DNA of 59,865 bases, filler included, from Sphacelaria rigidula (lineage: Eukaryota), in NCBI GenBank assembly GCA_964200075.2. It is 6 parts of 6 records of this genome, joined end to end, with 100 filler letters (N's around TTAATTAATTAA, not from the genome) between each part and the next. Parts side by side here need not be neighbours in the genome. Positions count along the whole stretch, not along the records: positions 9,996 to 19,890 come from CAXNAA020007536.1; positions 19,991 to 29,884 come from CAXNAA020007537.1; 4 more parts are not named here. One strand, 5' to 3'. The notes under the pieces are model-generated. The model was not told where the DNA came from. It saw nothing but the letters and a program-made list of their open reading frames with translations, and ran no database searches. The position numbers were made by a program, and so were the translations under genes. Shown here piece after piece: positions 13,850 through 26,608 of the stretch. Every line of letters begins with the position of its first letter. The first letter of the stretch is position 1.

Positions 13850-14059
13850 TGTAATGCGTGACAGAATCGCGTGCTCGGGGACCGCATCGGAATTTCAACA
13901 CCCCTATGGTTAGGGTTAGGGTCAGGGTTAGTATTGGGGTTAGGGTCAGAGGCTTGGTTCTTGCAGGGACTACCCCGATTGTTTGTGAAAAACATCGATC
14001 CTGAGGTGTTTTGGAATACGATGCGGCTCTCTAAGCATGCGGTCGTCTCACGCATTACA
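13850..14059. mobile_element. TGT...ACA MITE family, copy 2, with internal TTAGGG tract
   Basis: Same TIRs; 5-bp flanks ATGAG/ATGGG; GGTTAGGGTTAGGGTCAGGGTTAG inside. Confidence 0.85.
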
Positions 14060-14465
14060 ATGGGGATTCAATTCGAGTTCGACTGTCAGTGGGGTGTCAC
14101 AGTGGTTCGACCAGTCACCACCGGACAATCAACATTCACAAGATGGAAGAAAGTATGATCGAAATCCTTACGAGACGTGGCGTTTTTGAAACTTCAATAT
14201 CAAATCTCACGATGTATTTGTTTTCAAATCGTCCATAATGTATTCTAATAGAAAATCGGCTCATGTTGAATTGACGAAGCTGCAGTGCTGGGGTATACTC
14301 TCATAAGATGTACGCGATTCGAGCATTTTCATGTTGAGTTTGAAGGCTTATTCCCTATGCACAACTCATGCGGTTTGTGCAGAGGTTGTATACTGTGTGT
14401 GGTTCTGGCATGCCGAGGTCGCGCAAGTACGGCAGCACATCATTGGTACCAACAATAGTATCGTC

Positions 14466-14890
14466 GTGCGTGGGAGGACCGTGTGCTTTTTGGACCGCAT
14501 CGGATATTCGAACACCCCACGATCGACGTTTTTTCAAGACCGCTCGGGCAAGTCCCTGCGGGGACCGCGCCCCTGGCCCTGACTCTAACACTAACCCTAA
14601 TCCTAACCCTAATCCTAACCCTATAACCGTGGGGGTGTTTCAACTCCGATGTGGTATAATGCGTGAGAGGACCGCGTGCTTGGAGGACCGCTTCGAAATT
14701 TGAACATCCCTATGGTTAGGGTTAGGGTTAGGGTTAGGATTAGAGGCGCAGTCCCTGCAGGGACTGGCCCGATTGGTTTTGAAAGACGTCGATCCTGAAG
14801 TATTTCGAACTACGACACGGTCCTCTAGGCACGCGGCCCTCCCACACATTACAGCGGTCCAAAAAGCCAGCGGTCCTCCCACGCATTGCA
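14466..14890. mobile_element. Related MITE subfamily (outer) with a family copy (14655-14853) nested in its right TIR
   Basis: Outer TIRs GCGTGGGAGGACCG..GCTTTTTGGACCGCATCGGA and TCCGAT[insert]GCGGTCCAAAAAGC..CGGTCCTCCCACGC; inner copy flanked by GTGG/GCGG. Confidence 0.75.
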
Positions 14891-17219
14891 GTATGACACA
14901 CTCGCACAACGAGGATATTAGAGCATGACAGTTTTGCCGGGGAATGAACAGGTGAGCTGGAATTGTCGCCACATGACTTTGCTCATGTCAGGTAACTTTA
15001 CATGATCAGTTGAACTGACGATCAGTTCTCAAGTTCTAGCACAGAACGTTCATTAATGTTCAATCAACAGCGAGCTACGCGATCCGATTGTATTGGGTCA
15101 AAGTATGGTGTCATCAGTCTCCCCTGGGCACGCTCTGCGCTGCGTCTGCGTAGCGACTAAATCATCTTGGAGAATGACTGGGGAGGTGACGGTGCTTGCG
15201 CACATCCTCTCCTATGTCGTGTGTTGAAACACCGTACTAATCGCTATGAAAGTTATCTACACAAAAGCGCTCAGTAGCCTCATGAGAGATGACCAAGATT
15301 GAGCATTGCGTGAGGGACCATTGTCCATTTCATGACCGGTCTTGTGGTAGCCCCGATTGTCTCCTGCGCCGCCCCACGTGTCCTCGAATGTCCTTGTCCT
15401 CAAATAGCTCAAGTAGACTTCATCCGTTCAGACCCCCTCCCTCTCCGCCCTCCTTTCTAACCGGGACTATCGGCGAAGGTACTTGCTACTGACGGGGCAT
15501 GCAACAAAAGGTGAAATTCTTTCAGCGATCGTGCTATTTCGTTCCGATATACGCCCAATGACAGTGATTTCAATGGCGTAGGCGTGAGCATTCGGCATTT
15601 CGAGGTGGGGCACTCAGACAATGTGCTCAATGAGTGTTAGTTTGTGACAAATAGGATCACAGCAACCTGATGCCATGGTTGAAGAGGGCGTGTGCCATGG
15701 TCCGCCCTTGTTGCATTTGTGTGACGTGTGTGCTCCCGGCTCAACTGTCAACATCATGGCTGCACCCGTCACACCTTCGTTGTACTCTAGTTGATGTCGA
15801 TGCGTAGGTATTATTCCGCTCCATACGTCGGCGTTGTCTCCCCGCCAGATATTCACCACTCAGACTCCCTCACATACTTGTCCAGGGGAGACGGTATCCA
15901 ACTAGACGCTCGTATGAGGAGTCTGCATGAACGCAGCACCGCAGAAAGTGCGGCATGTCGCCTGCTATGAGAAATGGGGCCTATGGGCGGAGCACAAAAT
16001 ATCTTATCGCATCAACAGGGGCCACGCATAGAGGACCCTGTTGCGTCCCGCGTATTTATTTGCGTAAGGGACTGAGTGTTTTCGGTGCTTACGATTTGAC
16101 CAAAGCATCCACTGCAAGTGCTGTATGCTCCTGAAACCAATATGTCTTTGTTCCCGTGACGAAATCTATCCCACAATCCAAGCAAATTTACTCTCGGCGC
16201 TTGACAAGATGACGAACATCCAAAATTCTTCCGAGGTGAAGCTTGTTTGTGTTGTTCCGTTTCTCCGATTGGTGGACCTCCGAAAATGCACCCGCTCCTG
16301 GAACGATCATGCTCGGACTTCGAGTGAAGGAAGCAATCGACCCGAGCCTCAATTTTCAAAATATCCGGCATCAAGGCCGGCTTGGTGTAGCCGGTGTCTC
16401 GTGTTCGCCGTTGCAGCATGCAGTGTTGCCCGTGCAACGTGATGTTTCGCCGGTGCAACCTGAGATTTACCGGAACAAGACGGGATTGGTGAATTTCCAT
16501 TCGAAAGTACGGACGACCAATGTCCTGGGTGATCGCTCTGACTATGGCGTTGTTTCCGACGTCAAATAACGCCTCATAGCCCGAGACCATCTATTTTGAA
16601 AGCGTTGGGAGTGAAGTGTGGCACATACACGCAAAACGTTCTGAACTGAGTGTTCGCTTTTATCGTTCTCACCCTGCTTCAGCCTTCGAGACGTGGCCCA
16701 AATGCTTATATACACATCTAGAACAGCATTGTGAAGATGTCGATTAAAGTAGGATGTTGATCGGAGTATCTAATTCCAGGCGGTTCAACATTTTAGAGAT
16801 AATGCCGAATCGCGGGGATCACCCATGGTTCGAGTTACTTGGAATGAGAGACCAGCGATAATTCAGGACGGTGATCATGCATGTGTATCGTTTATCAGTG
16901 TGATGAGGATTTTCGCACATTTGCCTCATCTTTCGAACCCGCGGTCACAGACGTAGGCTCGTCTTTCCAATGCCGTCCCTACTGTTCCTCACGAGAGATT
17001 GGGCTCTTATGCTTGCTTCTGAAACTCCAAAATAAAACTAAGTTCTGAAACGATAAGGGAGAGACGTCAAGAAAACAGAAGAGAAGTATTTACCAGGTCT
17101 GCTAAATACACCATGCAAAATAAGAGGGGAATGAAAGGGCGGGAGGGGTTAGGACGACGACCAAGTGAAGGTCAAAATCAAGAACCCGAGGTATCCTCAT
17201 AGACAAGTACCAAAGCTAT

Positions 17220-18520
17220 TCGGAAGACGGCAGATGGACTAGTGAGTGTACTGCGCGACGGTCTACACCTTTCGCTTCGGTGGTCATCGATCGACAGTGA
17301 GAGAACTCTAGAGGTAACACAACAAGCAGTTCCTCAGCATGGACTGCTTTGGTCCGGGCTGTCATGTACATCTTAGCCCCCTCTTGTACCATTCGAAAAT
17401 ATCCACGATACCTCATGACCGTGTTGGGGAGGCCGTCGTGCATGCGCACGACGTGACCGGCGTGTCGGACGATTGCCTCATCGCGGTAACCTCGATGCAC
17501 TCGTAGCCACTTCTCACGAGGACCTCGCGGTATGACAGCCTGTGTGGTAAAGAGCGCTGCGGCTTGGGGTATGCTCGTTGAGGCACCACAGTAGGCCCCG
17601 TTGGGCCTCCCGTAACGTGCTGAAATTGTGGTGCGCGATCGTCTAGGTCACGCAGCCGAATTGCATTACCTCGATCACTTCAGCCTTGAGGAGATGAACC
17701 TCGGTGGCCAGAGTGACGTACGGGTCGCATATTTCTCTGCTGTACTTACAGAAGCACGTCCAGGCCTGGTCGATGCGGCTGTGGAGCTCAGGAATGATGC
17801 CGATATTGCCGAGTGGGAAAAATACTCAAGCTGCTTGTATCTTTGGTCCGCCGGTTCCACCTCGACCGCATCCGCCTTCATGTTCGGGGAGCGCATGTGC
17901 ATGGTGACCATATTCTTCTCCGCCATGATGGAACCGAGTAACGCACAGGCGTCGGCGATCGCCGTTATCATCTTTGCCAGGCTTACTTGAGATCGCGGGA
18001 CTGTGCCAGCGTGGTCGACGTATAGCATGGTCCAAGCACTATGCTAAGCTCGTCCCTGGTCTTCCCTCCCCTTTCAACGATGCGGATAAAGTATTTCGCC
18101 CCCGTTTGATTGATCGAGAAGCGGTTGCACGTCACCGTTGGCACCGCCGCGAAGGAGATGCTGAGCGAACCGGGCGTAAACACACAGCCTTGACGGAGGC
18201 CCGGGTTAACGTTAAATAACTCGCCGCTGTGAAGGCGTGCACCTCGTCAATAATGACGATACGAAAGAGAAATGGATGAACAAATCAAGACTGCGACCGC
18301 AGCTCCACGTCATTTGATTTTTTTCCAGGGCATTTAATCTCAGCAGCTCTTCAACGGTGTTGTCTGAGCGAAAAACAACGTGATATGCCTTGCTAGAATG
18401 CCTGTGCGGCCTCCGTGAAGATGTGAGGAACTTTCGAGCCGCACACCGGCCGGCCACCACCTTGAAAACTTCGCGGGTTCTTCGTTGGTTTCGAAGAATC
18501 AAGTCGACCAGGCACAAATA
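17220..18520 (-). mobile_element. Degenerate non-LTR retrotransposon (RTE-like LINE) reverse-transcriptase fragment
   Basis: Minus-strand motifs GLRQGCVFTP (GLRQGC.L.P) and MLYVDHAG (decayed YADD); frameshifts and stops; limits approximate. Confidence 0.8.
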
Positions 18521-19890
18521 GGCACAAATCCGCCGTGCTGGTGTGCGCCATCGGCAAAGTTTGGCATTTCCCGTTGAAAAATCGCAAAGTTCGATCCGTA
18601 GTCAGCAGTTCTCATTTATTTTTCACCCACTTTCGTTTCAACGCAGGTGCTCCACATTCTGTTCCCTGTGTTGGCGTGTGTGAATTTCTGACTGATGCCA
18701 TAGCTGATGCTATCATTAGGCAACGTGTTTGCTGTACATACATCCTGTGGAATGCGGCGTGTTGCTTGATAACGTGGACATGTGCCAGCGATGTTCGAGT
18801 ACAAGAACAGACGGAATTGTGGTCGTCGCTGTGGCGATCGCGTGAAATGTAGTACTTTCAACCAATATCGTAAATGAAGCTTAGCGTACGTAGATATTGT
18901 GATGCTCGATGATGACAACAGGGTTGTGAAAGCTTGTATGTCGCCCGTACAAGTGATGTGGGCGGAACTGTTATGATGTTTCGTACGTGCAGCCCTGTTA
19001 ATAGCGACTTGAAGGAAATCTTGAAAATGTACAGGTGGAACGGACACTGTCTCATCAAGGGATAACTCCTTTGCCCTATCGTGCCCTTTTGGATCGTTCA
19101 CTTGACTGGGAGCTCACGAGCGATATGGAAGCTCTCACAAAGTTGAGGCGATGTACAACGCAACAAACATGTCTCGCGAGATGTTTTGCGGACTTTTACT
19201 GCTGTCATGCTGACATGCGCAGCTGTGTAGAGCACTCCCTGAACGTGAGAGCTCGTTGGCATGAAACGTTATCTCGCATGGTGTATCCGTAGATCGGGCT
19301 TGAGCCACAGTGCTACTGCACATGTTTGCGGAAAGTACTATAGGGTTTCGCGCTAAATGTCATCGTAACTTCTTCACGTGACGCATCGAAGCCAGGACAA
19401 GCATATCGCATGTAGTTGAATGATCTTTGTCGTGAAGTTTATCGAGCTGTGTTTGGGTCAAGCACAACTCCCTTCGTGGGGAGTTTTCTCCCTCGGATCG
19501 GCTGTGGTTTGGCAGCTGTTTGCTGTGATGGACCCGGATCCTATGCATATTAGAAGGCATATTCGCTGCTCGTGTCACACCCCTTTGCAACATCGATTTC
19601 GATTTCGATCCGAGGCTTTTGCTGACTATTTGACCGCGGAGTAGTACATGGAAGTCGACGTATGCCATGGCGCTGATTTCTGAAATGAGTTTTTTTTTGT
19701 GTGTGTAAAGTTGCTCCCGCAGCGTGATCCCGAACTCTTCGAGGTGGGAGGGTCAAGACAGAATCTTCCACACGTAGTACAGCTCATGAGCTAGCTCACC
19801 TGCGGGCGGTAGCTCACTTGTAGTCAAACATGTACATGTGAGCTACGTCCGATAGCTCAACACAAGGTAAACGTGCGCTGATGAGCTACG

Positions 19891-19990
19891 NNNNNNNNNN
19901 NNNNNNNNNNNNNNNNNNNNNNNNNNNNNNNNNNTTAATTAATTAANNNNNNNNNNNNNNNNNNNNNNNNNNNNNNNNNNNNNNNNNNNN
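19891..19990. other. Artificial contig-joining spacer
   Basis: Same 100-bp spacer. Confidence 0.97.
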
Positions 19991-20137
19991 TCTCTTGTTT
20001 TTGGTTTCTTTTCCAAAAGTATTCGACCCCCCCCCCTTTTTCTCTTTTTTTTTTCCTTCAATAATAATAAACGCTATTTCAAACACACACATTCTTATTT
20101 ATGTTCGTTACACCTGCGCCCGAAAATATACGTACAG

Positions 20138-20360
20138 GACGCGGACGCTATCGAAAAGGCGTTCTCTGAGCTGAGGGAAACCATCGGACCTCTCCCCTTC
20201 ACCGCCGCGGCTCAGACGGCCGCCAATGGCGCGGAAGCGGCCGACGGGACAGCCGCTGCCGCTACGGCAGGCGGTGATGGTGGCGGAGGTGGATCGACAA
20301 CCATCACAAAGAACGTGGTGCTTTCGGACGGGACATATGCCACTCAGACCACTGTTGTTG
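20138..20360 (+). CDS. COPB1: Coatomer subunit beta, exon (gene partial)
   Basis: AG|DADAIEKAFSELRETIGPLPF...VVLSDGTYATQTTVV|GT; conserved DGTYATQ motif. Confidence 0.92.
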
Positions 20361-21901
20361 GTACGTACTAGTGATTGTACCTTTTTTTTGTATTGGGGTT
20401 GGTGTGTGGAGTTGTTGGGTTTTTTTTTTTTATCGGGGTGATATGCAGTCTATTGATCGATTTGGTTCATTGATTGTTTAATAAACTCACTGACTCACTC
20501 ATTGATTAAGTGATTGATTGATGCATGCTGACTGTCCCCCCCCCCCGGGATCTATCCGTGGTCACATGATGAGCGTACCAGAGATGAATGAAGAAGAAGG
20601 AAACACTCGTGAAAGAGACGTGAAGGGAAGCAGAAATTTTACAACGTACAGACAGTTGACTATGGAAAGAAATATTATTAGGGAACATATATATATATTA
20701 GTACACCATAACGAAAAGCAAAAGGTGGGGGAAAAAAGGTTTCCAATACTGCGCACAAGCTAGTAGCACTCTGTGGCGGTTTATAATATAGATAAGACAC
20801 TGCAGCTGCTGGGGGTGCGCATATCATCATCCCGCAGATGGGATTTCGCAAACAGCGGGGAGTAATGCCCCTCCGCCGAGCCGTCGGCATAATTTATCGA
20901 CCCACCGCCACCTTGAAGGAGGACATGGCGGTGACCGCGGCTACGGCTGTTGTCATCGTGTACGCTGCGCTTAACTGACTTTCAAAGGATGGAGTTAGGA
21001 CCATCAAAGAATGACTTGGCTGTACGTATTGCAAGGCAGTTGTTGTTATTGTTGTTGTTGCTGTTGCTGCTGCTGCTGCTCTACTGATGATTTTTACCTT
21101 CTTTTTTTTTCAACTAGTTCCTTCGGTGTACGGTACGTCAGCATGGACGACACGATATACACATGGATGACTAGGGTATGAGCGGGGTTGACCAAGGATC
21201 TGCCGCCATAGGGTCATGGGCAAATGCGTGGCGCAATTTCACTTTTTTGGGGGCAAAATTTTGACACAAGAGAAGAAACATAAAGGCCGCCCGCGTCCCC
21301 GCCATACATTTTATTAGTTTTTCATATCCAAAGTTCGGGTGACGCAAGTTGTGGGCAGTCTTCAGTTGCCCCATCCCTTTCAAGTCCAGGTCTACACTAA
21401 CCAGCAGCGGTGAGGAGCTGGTCTACTCTCAAGAGTCCATTTGTGAACTGACGGCACGTTCAGTATTTTCAAGTGAAGAATAGTCCCGATTCACAACGGG
21501 CCCTCACCTCCTGTTAGCGCACTCCGGTCTCGAAAAATGAAGGTTTTGGGTAAGGGGGGAGGCGTACTCATCCGTTGCTTGCCTTAGTCGTTTGACCATT
21601 GACCACGCATCCCTTCGAGACTGAAAGTAGGGGGAAAACAAAATGATCCCGGGAAAAGGGTCAGGCTACTTCTTGTGTATCAAAAAATGAATTCTGTTGA
21701 AAAGTGCATTTTTGGCCTTTCTCCGTCGTTTTTCCCCCGAAAAGAGGGCTAGGCGGATGTTGACACCTTGGAATGACTTGCTCTACTCGCTGAGACGGTT
21801 CCAGAGTACCTTTGCGTTCCCGTAGGTCACAGTTTCGTTCTTGGCTAAAATAGGGCAAGGAATACATGAGTACTCCCCACCCACCCCTGGTCCGGTGAAA
21901 A

Positions 21902-21997
21902 CCCGGCGTGCTCCGTCCCAGCTTTGTAGGGATGCAAGGTCAATGGCCTTACTACTACAGCATGCAAGATCATGAGTACACTACCCCCCTCCCCCCC
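21902..21997 (+). repeat. Short dispersed repeat; other copies ~23470-23530, ~29338-29425, ~29637-29695 and inverted ~39805-39878
   Basis: Shared core CGGCGTGCTCCGTCCCGGCTTTGTAGGGATGCGAGGTCAATGGTC. Confidence 0.8.
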
Positions 21998-22078
21998 ATA
22001 TTATTACAATAATCGCTTTCGTACTCTGTTTCTGTTGATTTTTCATGCGCTGCTGTTGTATGCAAAAATTATTACTAG

Positions 22079-22248
22079 GTGGTGCGGCGGTAGCTGCGCC
22101 AATCGACAAGAGCATATCGATGCTCCGCAAGCTGCTCGTTGGGGGCGAAATCTTTTTAGGATCGGCATTGTCAGCCTCCCTCACCAAGATGACTCTCAGG
22201 GTTATGGATCTTTTGGGGGAGAGCTCTGCCGCCGCCAAAGACATGCAG
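22079..22248 (+). CDS. COPB1: Coatomer subunit beta, exon
   Basis: LRKLLVGGEIFLGSALSASLTKMTLR; phase 1-0, canonical sites. Confidence 0.92.
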
Positions 22249-22480
22249 GTGCTGTGATTTTTTTTGTTGTTGGATACATATCACACCCTAGACGAAATAT
22301 GGTCAGTAGTTGCAATATGGTCATACTCTACGCAGTACTCTTGATCGTCCAATACCACACTTTTGCGGAATAAGAAACCTCGGTACCTGTGACAAATTTC
22401 GAAATAAACATATTTCCGTCGGTAGTTGGAAACTTTCGGGTGAACTGGTCCTCGGGGATTCTCCGAATAGGCAACCCCAG

Positions 22481-22482
<2 letters not shown>

Positions 22483-22526
<44 letters not shown>
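22483..22526. repeat. (CT)n microsatellite
   Basis: Read directly. Confidence 0.95.
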
Positions 22527-22530
<4 letters not shown>

Positions 22531-22771
22531 GATTTATAATTTTTTGTACTACTCACCGCTTTTCTTGGCCGACGCAAAAGATGGACACGCAACTACCTGA
22601 CCAAACGAAGTGTTTCATCATGTCGTTGGCCGGGTTGGCCGGCCATCAACATGTTGAGATTGCCCTCTGTGTATATGAATATGTAGAGACGATGCTGTAA
22701 CATTCAATGTATTCAATGCTGTGCGTTTGATTACCCCCATACTCATTCCCAATACTGCGTGTCTGCTGCAG

Positions 22772-22864
22772 GTTACCACGCTGCAGATCCTGTGCGGTGT
22801 GGCGAAGGTTATTGAGACACGCAGCCTCACCCACCGCGGGGCGTTTGCTGACTGCCTCGAAAGG
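22772..22864 (+). CDS. COPB1: Coatomer subunit beta, exon
   Basis: VTTLQILCGVAKVIETRSLTHRGAFADCLER; 93 nt, phase 0-0. Confidence 0.85.
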
Positions 22865-23041
22865 GTGGGTGGGATATTATTCCTTTTATCATTATTATAA
22901 AAGGTTTCCCTCGTCTTCGTTGTCTCCTTTTCTGCTGCTGCTGCTGCTGCCGTTGTTGTTGTTGTTGTGCTTTTTTCAGTTGGTACTGTTTAGCTTGCCC
23001 TATTCATCGTGTTCAAAGTGATGGTTGTAAAATATGCGCAG

Positions 23042-23042
<1 letters not shown>

Positions 23043-23075
<33 letters not shown>
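23043..23075. repeat. (TG)n microsatellite
   Basis: Read directly. Confidence 0.95.
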
Positions 23076-23076
<1 letters not shown>

Positions 23077-23639
23077 CTCGACTTGCTTGTCGTGTACAGC
23101 GCAAGCATTACGGTGTGTGAGCTGTTGAAGCGTAGCACAGTAGGAGGTGATGAAGATATGCTGCTTGCCGTACTTGCAGCCCTTTCCCCTCTCGTTGGGG
23201 ACGGAATGAAAATAAAATGGAAAAATCGGACCGAGAAACATTTTAATTGTTTTTGTTCTATTTTTTCACGCTTCCACTTTTTTTCATGTTCGGTCTTCGT
23301 CTCATCATCGCCTCGTCGTCGTCGTCTTCACTACATGTGTTAACTGTTGGGCCCGTGCGCGCGTGTGCGTTTGTCCAGCTCGATGTCTGTGTGTTTTGGC
23401 GCTTTTATCGCTTGCTTGCCGTGTGCCTTTCTTCTATCATCGACCTGCCCCCCCCCGCCCGGCGAATTACCCGGCGTGTTCCGTGCCGGCTTTGTAGGGA
23501 TGCGAGGCCAATGGTCTCATCACTACGGCATACAGAATCGTAGATACATCCCCTGCCCCGAAGAAACAAGTCTGCCTGTTTGCTCGATTGCTTGGCTCAC
23601 GAAGACTCATCCCCCCTGCCCCCCGTCATCCCGCACCAG

Positions 23640-23768
23640 GTGACCATGTGCTGCAGGACGCTGCTTGACCCCCAGGCAAGGGAGGTACTGAAGCCGACGT
23701 TGTTGGAGCTGTGCCGCAAGAGCTTCAAGCAGCTCTTGGATAAGGAAAAGGCGGCGCAGGCTAAGCAG
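23640..23768 (+). CDS. COPB1: Coatomer subunit beta, exon
   Basis: VTMCCRTLLDPQAREVLKPTLLELCRKSFKQLLDKEKAAQAKQ; 129 nt, phase 0-0. Confidence 0.85.
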
Positions 23769-24570
23769 GTCCGGTTCGAGGCGAAGTAACGCCGAATTTG
23801 TTTTCCACGGGGGTACCGGTTGGGGGGAAGGGGAGGGGGGGGGGTTCGAATGATTTGTCGAATCTTGCTGTTATTCATTGTTTTTTTCGTACAAACTACG
23901 GAGTGAGATCGAGATGAGTGTGTAGATACGCACGCGCGTCAAGGGTAAAAATGGGAAGGCACCAAGAAATAAATGGCCAAGGGAAGTAACGCTCACGTTC
24001 ACACACGTCCCGATGAAGCGTGAAAGGATTATGCGCAAGCAGCTGTGTCATACTCCAGTATTTGTTTTTCCCTCTTGGTGGCCTTGTCGGGTTTAACGTG
24101 TCGTGTTGTTTAGAAAAACAGAAGAGAAGAAAAATACGGTCCGGTCCGGTTCGTCCTTTTGAAATATCGTTTCGTTCTGTGTCGCCGTCTTTTTCACCTT
24201 CCACTTTTCAGGGTCCGTCTTCTCCTTTTTGTGGCATTGTGACAAGTTGAGATCCGACCACAGCAGCAACCAGCCCAGTGCTATTGTTCCCCTCTCCAAA
24301 GCTCATACAAGTAGTCACTGTAACTGACTTGGACAGATGATGCGCGACTTTATAAATAAGGAAATATCGGGTATACTTGAGCCGACACGTCCTTGCTGGT
24401 CTGGTCTGGTCTGGTCTGGTCTTGTCTCGGAGCAATCTTGCGTCGTTCCCGCACAAGCCCGTTGTCGTCATTTAAATGTTGCAATGTGTCGTTCCGGTGC
24501 CTGTCATTTTCACTTGTGTGTGTGTTTTTTTGGGTGGGGGGGCGGGGGGGGGCGGGTCTGCTTGCCTCAG

Positions 24571-24689
24571 TCGGAGGAGCTTGAAGGACGACCTAGGAGT
24601 CAACCGGACGATCTCATCAACTTCCGACAACTGCGCAGCAATGCCTTGCAGGCCGCCGAGCTGGATATCTACGATGGGGACGACATCAG
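24571..24689 (+). CDS. COPB1: Coatomer subunit beta, exon
   Basis: SQPDDLINFRQLR motif; phase 0-2. Confidence 0.9.
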
Positions 24690-25290
24690 GTTTGTGGAAA
24701 TTAGTTAACCCCACTCGTTGAAAGCACGACCCTGATTCTGAAATGAGCCCGTCCATCCGTGCATGCCCCCCCCCCCCCGGTCGCTTCATGAGGATTTTGC
24801 CAAGAAGGCGTTGTTTTTTGCACATGTTGCTGCTTTTGATGTTGCGGCATTGCATCGTTTTTTTTCGTCCTTTTCCTTCGTTCCACGCACATTGAGAGAC
24901 TGGAGTATGAGGTATGTACTGTTTGAAGAGTGTGGACGTGCGGTAATCGCGGGTAAGGAGTCGAGCCTCGATTTTTCGAACCGTGGAGTGGGGTCTCCCA
25001 GGCGCAGGCTGTTGCTGAAATCACACTGGAAGTTATCAACGTACATGCAACGAAACACAATATTCGCCGTTCTGGCCTAAAGCGTGCGAATGACGACAGG
25101 ATCATGTGAAGGTTTCTTTGACATACTTGAAGTATAAGAAATGAATAGAAAACAGTTCACTACGTGAGGATTTAATGAATGCATGATCACCCAGGTGGTA
25201 TCTTCCGTTTTGGCTCAAATACACGAACGCATCGATAGAACATGTCTCACGATCGGGATGTGCGTTTTCAGTCCATATAAGTCAGTATTC

Positions 25291-26262
25291 CACAGGCACC
25301 GTAGGTAAGGTGCCGTACCGAGCGTACCCCCGGTATTTACCGGGGTATCCCATACCGTGGTATGCGTAGGTATCGTAGGTTTTACATTTCAAAATACCGG
25401 ATTTGGCAAGTACGGTAGGTGTTGAAATCTCGAAACACCGTGGTATCGTTCGAGCTGGGCCAGCCTAAAAACGGGGTACCGAGATAGCGCCAATACTAAA
25501 ATCCCTATGAAACTCCCGATCGATGTATTTAGCGGATGGCGACGAAGTTTGGTGTGGAGAACCTCAAAAGAGTGCCGAATAAAAAAACAAAATGGGCCTT
25601 AGTTTTTTTTTTTTTCATGGGGGTTGGGGCGTTCGTGAAGAAATGGTCTCTACTATAGTAGAACGCCCTAAACCAGTGAAAAAAAATTGAAAAAAATCAA
25701 CCTGACCCACTTTTTTTTTTGTTGATTATGCCTTAGAGAGCGCCCACACAAATTTTCAATACACGAAAACCAAACGTGGGCCGGTGAGTGGTCTGCGAAA
25801 TACTGTTCCGAATTTCTACTGACCCGGTTTTTGATAGCCCCCATCCTCTTTTATACATTTGGAGTTGGGCTCTGAAATTTGGTATAGACAGTGCATAGGG
25901 CATAAAGAAACGATTCACCTCAGTACCAGAAGGTTTTTTTCTTTTTCATGAGTTGAGGGCAATAATCAGTTTTCAGGTATCAGTAACATGCCTTCAACTC
26001 ATGAAGAAAAAAACTTTTTGGTACCGAGATATATATATATATATATATATTATGCCCTATGCATTGTCCATTCCAAATTTCAGGGACCAACTCTAAATGT
26101 ATAAAGGAGCATGGGCCTGCAAACTTCAAATCCGCCTCTACGCTGGCCCAGCTCGGAAGTATCGTAGGTATCGTGGGTATGATTTTCGAAAATACCGGAT
26201 TGGGTCCGTATCGATAGGATATGGGATGTCCCAAACACCGGTACCGGGTACCTGCCTTACCC
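25291..26262. mobile_element. CACAGG-MITE copy interrupted by a GAG...CTC element (25452-26154)
   Basis: Start identical to the 26341 copy; insert has TIRs GAGCTGGGCCAGC/GCTGGCCCAGCTC; host sequence resumes at ~26158. Confidence 0.75.
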
Positions 26263-26340
26263 TCTACACCGAATTTAAAACTTTCATCTGGCAGTGCGAA
26301 GCGTCTCAGAACAGGGTGCAAGTTGTGCAATCGAAGTTTT

Positions 26341-26608
26341 CACAGGCACCGTAGGTAAGGTGCCGTACCGAGCGTACCCCCGGTATTTACCAGGGTATCC
26401 CATACCGGGGTATGCGTAGGTATCGTGGGTATGACATTTCAAAATACCGGATTGGACGGGTACGGTAGGTACTGAAATCTCGAAATACCCTGGTATCGCA
26501 GGTATCGTAGGTATGAGTTTCGAAAATATCGGATTGAACCGGTATCGGTAGGGTATGAGATGTCCCAAATACCGGCACCGGGTACCTACCTTACCTACGG
26601 TGCCTGTG
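26341..26608. mobile_element. Complete 268-bp MITE with a perfect 21-bp TIR
   Basis: CACAGGCACCGTAGGTAAGGT ... ACCTTACCTACGGTGCCTGTG; internal GGTATCGTAGGTA repeats. Confidence 0.85.

Noticed and set aside
13908-14740. TTAGGG tracts as a real telomere or fusion site
   Set aside because: Short, degenerate and always internal to the MITE
16012-16900. Possible decayed transposase ORFs
   Set aside because: No catalytic motif recognised with confidence; many stops
18616-19670. Possible hAT-like relic
   Set aside because: Only vague resemblance; needs a profile search
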